The notes below the pieces were generated by a model, which worked only from the letters and a program-made list of their open reading frames with translations, did not search any database and was not told the origin of the DNA. From positions 270,621 through 334,620 of the forward strand of contig CAWDVW010000006.1 of assembly GCA_963805855.1 (NCBI GenBank): DNA of 64,000 nucleotides, in the 5' to 3' direction. The DNA comes from Candidatus Dadabacteria bacterium (GTDB taxonomy: Bacteria; Desulfobacterota_D; UBA1144; Nemesobacterales; CSP1-2). Below are positions 51,339 to 62,522 of this stretch, piece after piece. Made by a program: the position numbers and the translations under genes. Within the stretch, counting starts at the first letter, position 1, and every line of letters begins with the position of its first letter.

Positions 51339-52433
51339 CTAAGTCTTGTTTTCTTCTTGCCCCATTGGCCGTACCTTCATCCCCTCCTGGAGCTGCGATA
51401 TGCCTGCCACGGCAATCATATCGCCTGTTTTTAAACCACCGAGTACTTCTATGCTGTCTGCCCCGGTCACGGCACCAACCTTCACTTCCTTTCTATGGAC
51501 TATCATGTCATGACTGTCTATAACCCAGACGTATTGAGCGCCTGTGTCTCCGGCAAATACCGCTGTTGCTGGTATGATGAAATAAGATGGATTATCCGCG
51601 GCGCCGGCTAATCCTTCTACATGTACCTGTGCCGTCATTCCAGGAAGAATCCTGACCCCTTCTGGTTGGGGCATCGTAAATGTCGCGCTGTACGTTTGAG
51701 TGCGGGGGTCCGCTTGTGCGCTTATCTCCTTTAACGTAACTAAGAACTCTTTCCCGGGCGCTGTTTGGAATGAGGCATAAAGTCTCTCGATAGTTCCCTT
51801 CTTAGCCGTTGCGATTACGTTTTCGGGAAGATTTATAACAATTTCTATCTCCGAAACATCCTGCAGACTGAGAATATTTTCATATGCTCTTACTTCCTGG
51901 TAGTTTTCGACGAACTTAGCCCCCACATATCCTCGAAATGGCGCCCTTAAGAAAGTGTCATTAAGATCAGCCAGGGCTAAATCTAGTTTGGCCTTCGCAG
52001 TTTTCAGCTTTGCCCTGCGGACATCCAGGTCAGCTAACGGAACAGCGTCTCTTATGTAGAGTTGCTCGTATCTCTGGAAATCTGCCTTAGCTTCAATGTG
52101 CCGGGCGCTTGCCTCGTCAACTGCTATTTTATAGTCCCTTGGGTCAATGCGCGCTAATGGTTGACCCTTTTCCACTTTCTGACCTTGGAACACTGGAAAT
52201 TCAATCAGGGGTCCAGACACACGAAAAGACAGATCTACCCTTTGAGTCGCCTGCACCTTACCCGGAAAACTTCTGCCTGTTAACGAAGACTCGCCCAGTA
52301 CTAGAGTCTTGACTGGCCTTGTAATCGGAGTTGATTCTTTCTCCTTTTCGCCTTTGCAGGCGGTGATAATCAATCCTGACGGAGCGCATATCAGAAATGA
52401 TAGCACTATAAGGGTGTTAAATATTTCTTTCAT
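51339..52433 (-). CDS. RND membrane fusion (periplasmic adaptor) lipoprotein
   Basis: LSFRVSG, GQ.VEKGQPLARIDPRDY, LRAPFRG, PGMTA, GLKTGD. Confidence 0.93.
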   Translation of the reverse strand: MKEIFNTLIVLSFLICAPSGLIITACKGEKEKESTPITRPVKTLVLGESSLTGRSFPGKVQATQRVDLSFRVSGPLIEFPVFQGQKVEKGQPLARIDPRDYKIAVDEASARHIEAKADFQRYEQLYIRDAVPLADLDVRRAKLKTAKAKLDLALADLNDTFLRAPFRGYVGAKFVENYQEVRAYENILSLQDVSEIEIVINLPENVIATAKKGTIERLYASFQTAPGKEFLVTLKEISAQADPRTQTYSATFTMPQPEGVRILPGMTAQVHVEGLAGAADNPSYFIIPATAVFAGDTGAQYVWVIDSHDMIVHRKEVKVGAVTGADSIEVLGGLKTGDMIAVAGISQLQEGMKVRPMGQEENKT

Positions 52434-52686
52434 CGTGATTAGCTGATATTTCTATTTCGGATTACCTTTATTTAATAGCTTCTTGACTGTGAATACATTT
52501 AATTTACCTTAGGAATATTCGAAAATAAATCTTTGCAGAAATATCAAGTTGTCGATGAATTCAAGGATGCAAAAATCCATATCAAGCATATTATTTCTTA
52601 TCCTTCAGGTATCCAGTAAGCCGGGTGAGTGTGATATCCACAAATTTCAGGTCATCCTACCGTCATGAGAATCTGAATATGAACAG

Positions 52687-55102
52687 TTATTGCGATGGCT
52701 GTGTCGTTCCTTCGGCGGCGAAAAACTCCTCCAGTCTTTTAAACCACTCCTCCCTTTCTTCCTGATTTGTAAAGAAATCGAACTTTCCCGAAGCGCGTTG
52801 TACGTTCATTAAATCGATTAAGAAATCGTATACAGCCGTCGCGGCATTGAGGTCTGCAGATAGCGAGGCGCTTTGCGCGTCAAGGAGATCAAGGATTGAA
52901 ACAACTCCCCTGGAATACGAGTCTCTTACCAAATCCAGGTTTTTTCGGGCAGCTTCGGCCGCGTCTCGTGCAAAGCGGATGCTCGGAAACGAAGCTCCTG
53001 TGTTGTTTAGTGCCGAACGTATGTTTTCTTCAACCTTCTCTGACGTCGAGTCACGCTCAAATCTAAGCTGCGATTTCGTCTCTCTGGCTTGTTTATAATC
53101 TGCGATTTTAGCTCCACCCCGGAAGAGAGGAAACCTGGCCTGAAGCAATATAGTCCATTCTGTATCATCTACACTCTCCAGTTGTAGGGGGAAGTCCGGA
53201 GGTATAGTCACATCGGAACCTGCTCCGCCTGTAGCAAACCGCTGTGTTATTTCTCCCACGAATGAAAAGGTCGGGAGCCAGAAGGCTCGTTTTGTCGATT
53301 TTAGTATTCGATCTTGAGCGGCTATCTGAGAGTCAAGGTTCTGAATCTCGGGAGACTGATTTAGCCCTAAATTAACCATGAAGTCAATGAAAGTGCGATA
53401 GCTTCCCGGATTATCAATGTAGGGATAGAGCTTTGGGTCGCTTACTATTAGAGAAGGGTCATCCACCCCAACTTCTAAGGTTTCAAAATTTTCGCCCTGA
53501 GGGCGGTTGAGCAACCGATTTACAAGGATTTTCGCGTTTTGGGTTTGGGCTACAGCATCGACAACGTCAATACGGTCAAGAGATATTTGGCTCTCCCAGC
53601 GAAAAACCTCTGAGGGGCTCGCAACGCCTATGTCTCGCCTATTTGTTGCAATTTCAAGATTGGATTTTGAAAGATTAAGATTTTCCTTTCTTATTTTTTC
53701 AAATGTCTTTGCCCTGAGCACGTTTAAGTAGGCAATCGACGTAGCCGCTATTATGTCAAGCCTTATCTGATCACTGCTCAATTCACGAGCCCTTTGAAGA
53801 TATTTTTGGACGCTTACATTTGCCCAGGTTGGCTCATCGAAAATCAGTTGACTTACACCGGCGGACCCACTTAGCGAGCGTTCCGGAAAGGTCCCAAAAC
53901 TTGCCTTCGCCCTGTCTTTATCAATATAAGTATTGTCGAGCGATATATCTGCTTGAGGAAGCAATTGTGCTATAGCTAACCATATGTTCTGTGCGCCAGC
54001 TGCAACAAATCTATCTATTGCCAAGAGATCGAGATTCACTTTAACGGATTCATCGACAGCCTGCTCCAATGTCAACTTCCTCTCCGTTACCTCTGGTTCT
54101 TCGTGAATGAGGTCAGCTTCTGTCAGAACATCCCATTTTGGTGAGAATCCGATAGCACGAGCAGTGGCCATATTGATAGTAAGCTTCTCCTGAACAGGAA
54201 ATTCCACAGGCAGAGATCCTGCGTTTTCGCCAAGTAGAATGCTTAGTACCGTTAACGCGACTCTTCTCGCTTCACGGTTTAAGTTTTGAGCGGGTGTGAG
54301 GCCTGCGAGAACACCTCTTTCAACTTCATTTCTGCCCAGCATTGAAAAGCTCGGCAGTTTCCTTTCTATCAGGCCGTCAAAAAGTTGATCCAATTCATCT
54401 TGTGTGTATTGTATAAGGGGAGTGATGAAAACTGCCTGTGCGTTTCCGGGTATCGCGGCTAATGTGTTTTCTATCGAAGTTCTGGCTGGAATCGTTTCTA
54501 TTACGATACCTTGCTCTCTGGCAATGTTTTGAACCAGATTTTCAATGTCAGGGATCAGCTCAGTAACGATTGGCATGTATAGAAGTGCCAATGTATTGAA
54601 ATGGTACTATCTCTCTGAACACTTGAATATCTCTAATTAGCGTAATTGGTCTTGCAAGGTAGTAAAGATTTTTGATGCCACTCGCTCCCTTTTCATTGAT
54701 TGGAAGCCCTAATAGCTCTCTATCGATAACCCATGGTGCTATTACAGGTTTGTTTAAATTCCTTCGTTTAGATACCTCTGTTGAACCGATGATTCCAAGC
54801 GTTACGAGGATGTCAACACCGGGATCAGATAGCAATGTGTCGATTGCAGATCTAACGCTAGCAGCAGTCCAGTCTCCCTGAATTATCGTATCCGTGGGAA
54901 ATTGAACATCGAATTCCCCTTCCGTAACCGCAATAATTTCTTTCTTGTAGATACTCAGCGTCCTTTGATTAAGCTCAGAGGGACCATCAAAGACAATGCC
55001 AATTCGCTTTATTGGTAGGGCATATGACTTTGCCGGTATTGCTAATAGGACAAATAATATAACTATTAATTTCTTTGTGATACCGTGCCTTACCAATCTC
55101 AT
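52687..55102 (-). CDS. TolC-family outer membrane factor with N-terminal ABC substrate-binding-like domain (frameshift ~54590)
   Basis: ORF 54560-55102 (signal peptide, IGIVFDGP) overlaps ORF 52687-54591 (LPSFS..VERGVLAG, LTINMATARAIG, then OEP repeats with YSRGVVSILDLLDAQ). Confidence 0.85.
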
Positions 55103-55439
55103 CTTATGATATCCTCCCGTAAGGACAAAAAAACATTACATTATACATAAAGCCGTGGATTTGAAAAAAAAGCTTAATAAACCAAGCTTAGCTTTATTAG
55201 TGAATGGGCGCAAAGCGATAACTTTTTTTATTCTATTTTTAAACAGTTCTAATAGATGTAAACCACTTCTGTCCTATATATTACTATGGGTTTTTAGTCT
55301 TTCACAATTAATTTAAGGGGAATATTATCTTTTTAACCACCAACCTATTTTTCTCGGTACGCAGAGCTAGGCAAGTATCCAGGTTGGTATGTCGACCGGA
55401 TATTAGAAATAGACTCTGATCAAGCTTCAAGAATTATTT

Positions 55440-55696
55440 TTACACAGCTTTGCCTTTTATCAAACGGTACAGCCAGAGCAATATAAAAGCGCCGACAATT
55501 GCTATGATAATGCTCCAAGATTTAGGCCGGTGACTGTGCCTAAACCTACAAGAGAGCTCAAGAAGCCTCCTATCAATGCCCCAACAATGCCGATGACTAT
55601 TGTGATTATAATTCCACCGGGATCCTTGCCTGGCATGATCCACTTCGCCAACGCTCCAACTATAAGCCCTAAAATGATCCAAGAAATGATTCCCAT
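55440..55696 (-). CDS. GlsB/YeaQ/YmgE (transglycosylase-associated) membrane protein, frameshift ~55520
   Basis: MGIISWIILGLIVGALAKWIMPGKDPGG...GIVGALIGG, continuing as SIIIAIVGAFILLWLYRLIK in the other frame. Confidence 0.88.
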
Positions 55697-55978
55697 GTTT
55701 CCTCCTTTAAGTCTTAAATCTTAGACCAGTATATAACAGTCTCTGTTCTGAATCAATGTTCATAGGTCTTAAAATTAAGGGCTGGCCATTAACGTAATAA
55801 TGGAGGCTTGATTTTGTATTTAGGGTTAGAATTCAAAAGTAACGTTTTATTCTTGATTCTTCTAATCTTCAGTAGAATAGTTCTAATTTCCTTTGTCGTT
55901 TTATGAATTTACTACAAAGTTTTTTAGATTAATTTGGTATGATGCATAGAATAAGAAACGATTCTTGGGAGGATTTAA

Positions 55979-56692
55979 ATGGACAATACGTTTAGCGAAA
56001 CAAAAGGAGGTTTTTCGCTTCTTGAATTTAGGAAACGAAACAGATTCTTATATTTCTTGATTTCGATAACCCTGTTAATAATCATTGCTCCGTTATTAAA
56101 GGCCAACATCTTTGGACAAATAGTATTATCAATTCTAATTGTATTTGTATTGATCAGCAGCATAAACTCGATAAGTAAGGATATGAAGTATTTTCTAATT
56201 TCGTGCTTATTGGGTGGACCGTGGATTGTTGTTAGCATTGCTACTACCCTTTCTGGCAGATTGCAGCCTGGATTTTATGAAGCATTATTTGGGTCTGTAT
56301 TTTTTGTATACGTCACGGTTATTACGTTATCCTATGTACTAAAAGACCAGAGGGTTACCGCAGACACACTCTATGGGGCGATATGCGTTTACATCCTGCT
56401 CGGAATTACATGGAGCTTCTTTTGCGTTGTGGTAGAGGCTGTGTTCCCTGGTGCATTTTCATTTGTTCCGGAAAATCATGTTAACAATTTTTTAGATTGG
56501 TCTGATTTTATTTATTACAGTTTTGTGACGTTGACGACTCTTGGATACGGTGATATCACACCTATAACTCAGACATCCAGGAACCTCGCATTTCTGGAGG
56601 CAGTTTGCGGGCAGGTGTACTTAGCGATAATAGTTGCTCGTCTGGTTGCCATGTATATCTCCCATTCATATGAGAAACGGTCTAATAAATAG
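55979..56692 (+). CDS. Potassium channel family (Ion_trans_2) protein
   Basis: YYSFVTLTTLGYGDITP selectivity filter, multiple TM helices, IVARLV. Confidence 0.9.
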   Translation: MDNTFSETKGGFSLLEFRKRNRFLYFLISITLLIIIAPLLKANIFGQIVLSILIVFVLISSINSISKDMKYFLISCLLGGPWIVVSIATTLSGRLQPGFYEALFGSVFFVYVTVITLSYVLKDQRVTADTLYGAICVYILLGITWSFFCVVVEAVFPGAFSFVPENHVNNFLDWSDFIYYSFVTLTTLGYGDITPITQTSRNLAFLEAVCGQVYLAIIVARLVAMYISHSYEKRSNK

Positions 56693-56709
56693 GGATGTTT
56701 GTCCCCCTA

Positions 56710-57768
56710 TTAATCCAATGACTCAATTTCTCCGTCCTTGGAGAGAAGGATTGCTATAGGACGTGTTTTTGGAAATGCTTCACAGATAATCATTATGATA
56801 ACCATGATTGGCACGCTGAGAATCATGCCTATTATGCCCCATATACTCCCCCAAAAAGCTATAGTGATAAGTATGATGAGGGGGCTTAGCTTGAGCGATC
56901 TTCCATACATCCAGGGTTCAAGAATGCTGCCTATAAAGAAATGAACAGCCACCATGCTGCCGCCTACGATGACAAAAGGTATGAAGGATCCGAATTGAAT
57001 TAATGCCAGTACCGTCGGGAATACAGTACCTATGATAGCTCCAATGTAGGGTATGTAATTCAAAAAGAAAATCGTGACAGCCCAGAAAGAAGCAAACTCG
57101 ACTCCAACAGCTCTCAGAATAACGTAGCTGACAATTCCTGCAAGAACACTCGCAAGAGTTTGTAGCCAGATAAATGAGCGAATATTTGTTGCCACTCTGT
57201 CGAGAGTCTTTCTTGTGGCTAACTGTTGTTGTGGGTCTGAAATGAGTGCTGATAACTTTTTGTGAAAACTTCCCTGCTCCGCGAGTAAAAAGGCTATGTA
57301 CAAAATAACCGCAATTGCTGTTCCGGCTGTTGAAGTGAGTTCCAAACCCACTGTTGAAATCATACCAGCCCCATAGTGCATAATGTCATCGGTGCTAAAA
57401 ACACTTGGAATCTTCTTTATGTGAAAATGTCCAAGGAACTTGCTTAGTATTGTCTCAAACCTATCTTGATAAAACGGGAACTTGGCGGAAATAAGGGCCA
57501 AATTATTTGCAATCAGTTCTACAATAAAGCCCAAACACAACAACAAAACTACAAATGCGGCTATGAAGCTCAGTAGTCGGGGCGGGTGCCACCCTAGGAT
57601 GGTCAATCGCTGAATGGCTCCCGCGAACGCGTTGATCAGATACCAAATGAATATGGCAATTGCCAGGGGCACCAATATCGACTGTCCTGCTATTATCAGG
57701 TAGACAACAATAACTAATAGGCCGAGAGATAAAAACACTGTCAATAGGTTTGTCTGTTTTGAGAGCAT
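56710..57768 (-). CDS. AI-2E family transporter
   Basis: LNYIPYIGAII, ILEPWMYGRSLKLSPL, WGSIWGIIGMILSVP. Confidence 0.92.
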   Translation of the reverse strand: MLSKQTNLLTVFLSLGLLVIVVYLIIAGQSILVPLAIAIFIWYLINAFAGAIQRLTILGWHPPRLLSFIAAFVVLLLCLGFIVELIANNLALISAKFPFYQDRFETILSKFLGHFHIKKIPSVFSTDDIMHYGAGMISTVGLELTSTAGTAIAVILYIAFLLAEQGSFHKKLSALISDPQQQLATRKTLDRVATNIRSFIWLQTLASVLAGIVSYVILRAVGVEFASFWAVTIFFLNYIPYIGAIIGTVFPTVLALIQFGSFIPFVIVGGSMVAVHFFIGSILEPWMYGRSLKLSPLIILITIAFWGSIWGIIGMILSVPIMVIIMIICEAFPKTRPIAILLSKDGEIESLD

Positions 57769-57952
57769 GTTAAGTAATCATAATTCGCATCAATTCATAC
57801 TTCAATGGTAGATTGCCCCTTATTTAAGCACATGATTCTATTTTATAAAATGACAAATCGTACGGTTACGATTATAAGTATGCAATTCATTAATCCCTAG
57901 TGAGTTGAAAGATTGTTGTGTAGAAATCACTGAATTAAATGCTATGGTGAAA

Positions 57953-58268
57953 ATGAAGCTCCCCGTGGCAGAGTCACGGGGCATCTAAAAATAAAACTAA
58001 TTTCTCCTTAGTAGATATTCTACATGCTTACTTATCAATTCCTTTGTTAGCTAATACCATACACTCCACAATACCAATCACCCAAAACTACCCAAGTCCC
58101 TTTTAGGAGCGCCATCTTGGCGCGATCGCGGCTGGAAGCCGCTCCTATCTTATTGGCAATTTTTAGAAGCGTCATGATTCCTCTTACATAGTCATATCCG
58201 TGTATTATATTCTTTTCTGCCCATTAGGGGACCTGTTTTCATCCCCGTAGTACAAGCTACGGGGTATT
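57953..58268. mobile_element. Probable non-autonomous IS200/IS605-type element (two subterminal hairpins, no transposase)
   Basis: atgaagctCCCCGTG-gcagagt-CACGGGGcatc at the left end and ttcatCCCCGTAG-tacaag-CTACGGGGtatt at the right end, related hairpins in direct orientation. Confidence 0.55.
58104..58147. repeat. REP doublet (REPIN-like)
   Basis: TAGGAGCGCC-atctt-GGCGCGAT followed by an inverted unit whose reverse complement is TAGGAGCGGCT-tcc-AGCCGCG. Confidence 0.75.
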
Positions 58269-58431
58269 AAACGGGTATGTTTATAAGACCACGCTGCTCG
58301 GGGAGACATCAAAACAAAATTATTCTGGCATTCACGAGTAAATTAAGAATGTATGTAGGATCGGCGGATAAAGAGCAAAAATTTATTTATTGGTTCCACA
58401 TATTAGATAATAGCCGACCAGTGTGTCTGTT

Positions 58432-61400
58432 CTATTCCTCTTTTTTGACCCCCGGGTTACCCCAATCCCCTTTTATACGAACAGGGACTGAAAGTAAATG
58501 TCCTCCTCTGATCCTTTTTAGTATCGGTATTTTGGTCGTTGCAAAGTTCATGATCTTTATTGGAGCAACCTTTAGCTTTAGATCTACTTTTTTGTCAGCA
58601 AGGTCAACATCACCATCAATAACAACAGCCATTGTAGGGCTATCTAATATCGAATCCTGTAGAATTAGGGTGCCATTTTTGAGCTTACCTCTGACTTCTA
58701 ATGATTTATAAGCTAACCCTTTTTGCCCAAAATCAGGCAACCTCAAATTAACGATTCTCATTATATCGAGGATCTCTAATAGAAGTTTTTGGTGGTATAT
58801 CCTTCCGTCCCTTGCGGATAAGCCCACATTTCCCTGTAATGACCCTGCTGATAGCTCATTCTTGACACCCGCCGTGACGTGACCGTCAAAGTCAAAATCT
58901 CCGGAAATAATATTCTCTTTTTCAAACAAGCACCGTATAGTTTTTCTCAATTGTTGTTTCCTGGAGGTTAGCTCAAAATCGAGAGTTTTATCGGATGGGG
59001 TGATTGTTATGACACCGGGTGTATCAATTCCGCACAGGGAGGCATCCGATATAATGATATTTATCATATTATCATCGAATCTTATTTCGGCATTGAATGG
59101 GCTCCAGTTGAACCTATCGTAATGAAAGTTTTTAGATTTTAACCCAAAAGTACCTTTGAGTGGCAGATCCCATTTTTCATCATCACTGTTTGTATTTCTT
59201 TCTCCATTAAATCTGTCCAAAGCAGCTTTTATGTTTTCCCATTCGATGCGATCAGAAGAAGCATCGAGCAGAAATTGAAATCCCTCTTCCGTTGAGGTTG
59301 CGTTTCCCTCGATGGCTAAGTCGGTGTCTCCCAATGAAAGAGCGAGTGATTCCACATTTAGTTGATTTTTATCGGCTTCAAGGGAAATTCTATTTATCTT
59401 AAAAGACTCATCCAATATCATCGGGGATATTAAATTCTCACCTTCCAGGTTTCCCTCAGCCGTATATGTCGCAGATTGATCTTTCATAAACTGTGCTTTG
59501 ATATTTCCTTTGACCCAACCATCGGATAAGAATTTGTCTGAAAAGATTTTGCCCAGAGTGTTTCTTTTCAAACTACCCATAAAATTTATTTCCAAAAACC
59601 GTTTATTCTTTTTTCCTCTTATGGTGGCATGGGATCCTTCGTCATCGATTGTTAGGTTATGAACAACAAATTCTTCAGGTGTTCTGATAAAATCTAAAAA
59701 AAGTTTTGGACCAGTCTGGCCATTCAGATCTCCTTCACCCTTGATCTTGACATTCCATTTTCCGGGTTCTAATACGGGGCCTTGGACGTTCAATAAAGAG
59801 AAAACTAGCGAACCATTGAAGGGTCGCAGGTACTTAGTGTAACTGGCAATGTAGTCAGTTGATGACAGCCACGAAATTGCTTCATTAAGGAAGATGTTGG
59901 ACTCATCGGCCTGAATGCTGAAATCAGTCGTTTTGTGCCAGTCTATCCATCCAGAAAGGCCTGAAAGGTTTGATTTTGCCAAACTTAAACCCAATTTCTT
60001 CAGATCAATCCTATTCTTATCGAATAAGAATTGCCCCCCTTTTATTTCAATAGGGTAGGGTATTCGAGTGTAGTTAGCCGAGAGGCTAATATTCCGTGCT
60101 TCGATCTTGGTTTTTATAGAAGTTTTCGTATCGCCTAAAATTAAGTGCGCCTGCGCATTTCCGCTTAAATTGTCGATAAGAGAAATCTCTTTCCTAACGT
60201 TTTCATTTTTAATATAGCGTAATAGATATGGTGGGAGTTCCGAAAGATCACCATTGATCAGGACATCGAGTTTAAATATGTCATTTTTTCGACTAAGACC
60301 TAATTTGAGATTCCCATTGTAGCCTCGAGAGTTCCCCGCACTACCTTCAAGATTTTCACCTTCCAATATACCGTTTGAAACGATGGCATATCCACTGGCA
60401 TCGTTTAAATCCAGATCAGCCTGCGGAATGTATATCTCCGCATTTTGCATTTGGCCCTTAATTATAAAATTTTCTTCTTTTCCTATTTCAGAAATCGAAT
60501 TGGCGTTCGATGAAAACTCTGCTAGAGGTGAATATCCTGCTTTAATGATTTCAAAAATCTTCTGCGTACTACGATATCGTCCAACTAAGAAAAGGGCCGC
60601 CTCTCGAACCGATTTAATATCGACTTCCTTTGCCTGAATTTCTAATTCCACCCTATTTGTTGTTCTATCTTCTAGAAAGCGTGCCTTCAGGTTTAGCTGC
60701 GGATTATCGAGATTTATGTTCTCAAATGAAATACTAGTCTTACCATCAGCAATTTGGAAATCACCTTCTATGTTGCTTGCCCTAAAAGGAAATTTGCTTT
60801 TTTGATCTTGGAGGAAGAGTTTCGGAATTGAGCCAGTAAACAGTGCGTTTAAGTATTTTTGGCCATTTGCCTCAAAGTTAATGTCCAAGTTGATTATTGA
60901 ATCGGGAATTCGATGACTCGAGGTCGGTAGAAGGTAATTATAAAGTGCTTCCGGTCGGAATTTACGGAGTCTAATCCGCCCGTCGCCAGCGAATTCCTTT
61001 AGATTTACCGAACCCGTTATTGATACCGTTTCACCAAGATTAGATGTACATGTAATTGCGATGTTTCTTTCATCTGATGGTACTGCGATGCGTGCCTCGA
61101 TGTCCCTGAACCAAAATACAGTTTCGTCATTTTTGGTAAGGTTTATTAGTCCATCGTTGACTTCGAAAACCAGATCAGGCGCTTTTGACGCCATTGAAAC
61201 CAAGCCCAAAGTAATAACCTTCCATAGTTCATTAATCGAAAATTGTATTTTTGTGCTGTCTTTTACCTCGGCCCTCTCTGGCAGACTTAATGTTATCTCT
61301 GGGGATGAGATACTGACCCTGTGAAGTTTCACCTTACCTTTAAATAAAGGCAGCAATTCAGGATACACTGACAGTTTTTCAAAGCTTCCACCTGTTTTCT

Positions 61401-61638
61401 GATCGAAGAGAAAATTTCCTTCGCGAATTGTCACGTGAGGAAGAGGAAATAACGAGAAATCAAAGTCTGCATAATTTACTTGAGCACCAGTTTTTTCGGA
61501 AACTTTAGTTATGATCGTATTCTTGGTTGAATCGAGATTGACAAAGTGGGACAGGAACAAGAGGCCGAAAATTATAATGACTAGAACGACTGCCAATGCT
61601 GCTATGAACAAAAGAAACAATTTTTTCGTTGCTTTCAT
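58432..61638 (-). CDS. AsmA-like (YhdP-type) envelope protein
   Basis: 1068 aa with an N-terminal membrane anchor, FSLFPLPHV, long beta-rich body and an AsmA_2-like C-terminus (GDVDL...V.IKGDWGNP). Confidence 0.8.
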   Translation of the reverse strand: MKATKKLFLLFIAALAVVLVIIIFGLLFLSHFVNLDSTKNTIITKVSEKTGAQVNYADFDFSLFPLPHVTIREGNFLFDQKTGGSFEKLSVYPELLPLFKGKVKLHRVSISSPEITLSLPERAEVKDSTKIQFSINELWKVITLGLVSMASKAPDLVFEVNDGLINLTKNDETVFWFRDIEARIAVPSDERNIAITCTSNLGETVSITGSVNLKEFAGDGRIRLRKFRPEALYNYLLPTSSHRIPDSIINLDINFEANGQKYLNALFTGSIPKLFLQDQKSKFPFRASNIEGDFQIADGKTSISFENINLDNPQLNLKARFLEDRTTNRVELEIQAKEVDIKSVREAALFLVGRYRSTQKIFEIIKAGYSPLAEFSSNANSISEIGKEENFIIKGQMQNAEIYIPQADLDLNDASGYAIVSNGILEGENLEGSAGNSRGYNGNLKLGLSRKNDIFKLDVLINGDLSELPPYLLRYIKNENVRKEISLIDNLSGNAQAHLILGDTKTSIKTKIEARNISLSANYTRIPYPIEIKGGQFLFDKNRIDLKKLGLSLAKSNLSGLSGWIDWHKTTDFSIQADESNIFLNEAISWLSSTDYIASYTKYLRPFNGSLVFSLLNVQGPVLEPGKWNVKIKGEGDLNGQTGPKLFLDFIRTPEEFVVHNLTIDDEGSHATIRGKKNKRFLEINFMGSLKRNTLGKIFSDKFLSDGWVKGNIKAQFMKDQSATYTAEGNLEGENLISPMILDESFKINRISLEADKNQLNVESLALSLGDTDLAIEGNATSTEEGFQFLLDASSDRIEWENIKAALDRFNGERNTNSDDEKWDLPLKGTFGLKSKNFHYDRFNWSPFNAEIRFDDNMINIIISDASLCGIDTPGVITITPSDKTLDFELTSRKQQLRKTIRCLFEKENIISGDFDFDGHVTAGVKNELSAGSLQGNVGLSARDGRIYHQKLLLEILDIMRIVNLRLPDFGQKGLAYKSLEVRGKLKNGTLILQDSILDSPTMAVVIDGDVDLADKKVDLKLKVAPIKIMNFATTKIPILKRIRGGHLLSVPVRIKGDWGNPGVKKEE

Positions 61639-61968
61639 TTATGGAAGATGGAGAAAGAAAAAGGTTCTTTAATTAATTGAAACGGATTATATAACAAAGG
61701 CAAGTTTGAATCCATTGCTCTTTCTATGAATTGTGCCGGATGATGGCTCCTAATTATCGGAGAAATAAAATAAATTAATAAGACGTGTTATTGATACAAA
61801 GGTAATCGCTAAATAAACTTCAATTCTTTTCACTTTTAAGCCAGTTTGAGGTTTTCAACGTTATGATTCATAGCGGTCAAATAATCTCCCGTATGTGCTT
61901 GCGGTGAGTTAACAAGCAACTACGTGGACAGCTTCAGTTACTCAGGTCGTTTTGGAGATTCAGGGGCC

Positions 61969-62349
61969 TCACCAGCTCTCTGGTTCCCCTTCGAATGGCT
62001 GCTCTGGCAATGACGGCTGCTCATCTGGTAAAAGTGGTTCTTCCTCGGGTATGTAGGGCTGTTCGGGCAGGTTAGGATCTTCCTCGGGTAAATAGGGCTC
62101 TTCTTCTGGAACATATGGTTCTTCGGGCGGTGCCGGGCCTTCTTCCTCCGCGTAAGGTTCTTCCTCAGGAAAAGTTTCTTGAACTAATTGATGCGATTTT
62201 TGTAGCTTGAATCCCTGAAGATTGTTGTCTCTGATTGATAGGTCATAAAATCCAATAGCGGTCTTTACGAAGTTCGTGAACTGAGAAATATGAGATGTCC
62301 GAGCATTCGCGCACAGGATCAGAGTTACTATGATAATATTTTTCATCAC
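61969..62349 (-). CDS. Small protein with acidic Pro/Glu-rich repeats
   Basis: Hydrophobic N-terminus and repeated PEEEPY[LVI]-like units. Confidence 0.55.
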   Translation of the reverse strand: MMKNIIIVTLILCANARTSHISQFTNFVKTAIGFYDLSIRDNNLQGFKLQKSHQLVQETFPEEEPYAEEEGPAPPEEPYVPEEEPYLPEEDPNLPEQPYIPEEEPLLPDEQPSLPEQPFEGEPESW

Positions 62350-62522
62350 TTATACCAGAGTAGGTAAGATATACGAAAAAAATTAGGGTTTCAAGTTGAC
62401 TCATTTTCGACATTCGATCATGTGCGAAGGGTTGACATATGTAGCAGGTGACGTATCCTTACGTGTTTTAGAGTTCCATTAGGGGTAAAAAATAAACCAA
62501 CATTTTTGAGGAGGTACTTACG

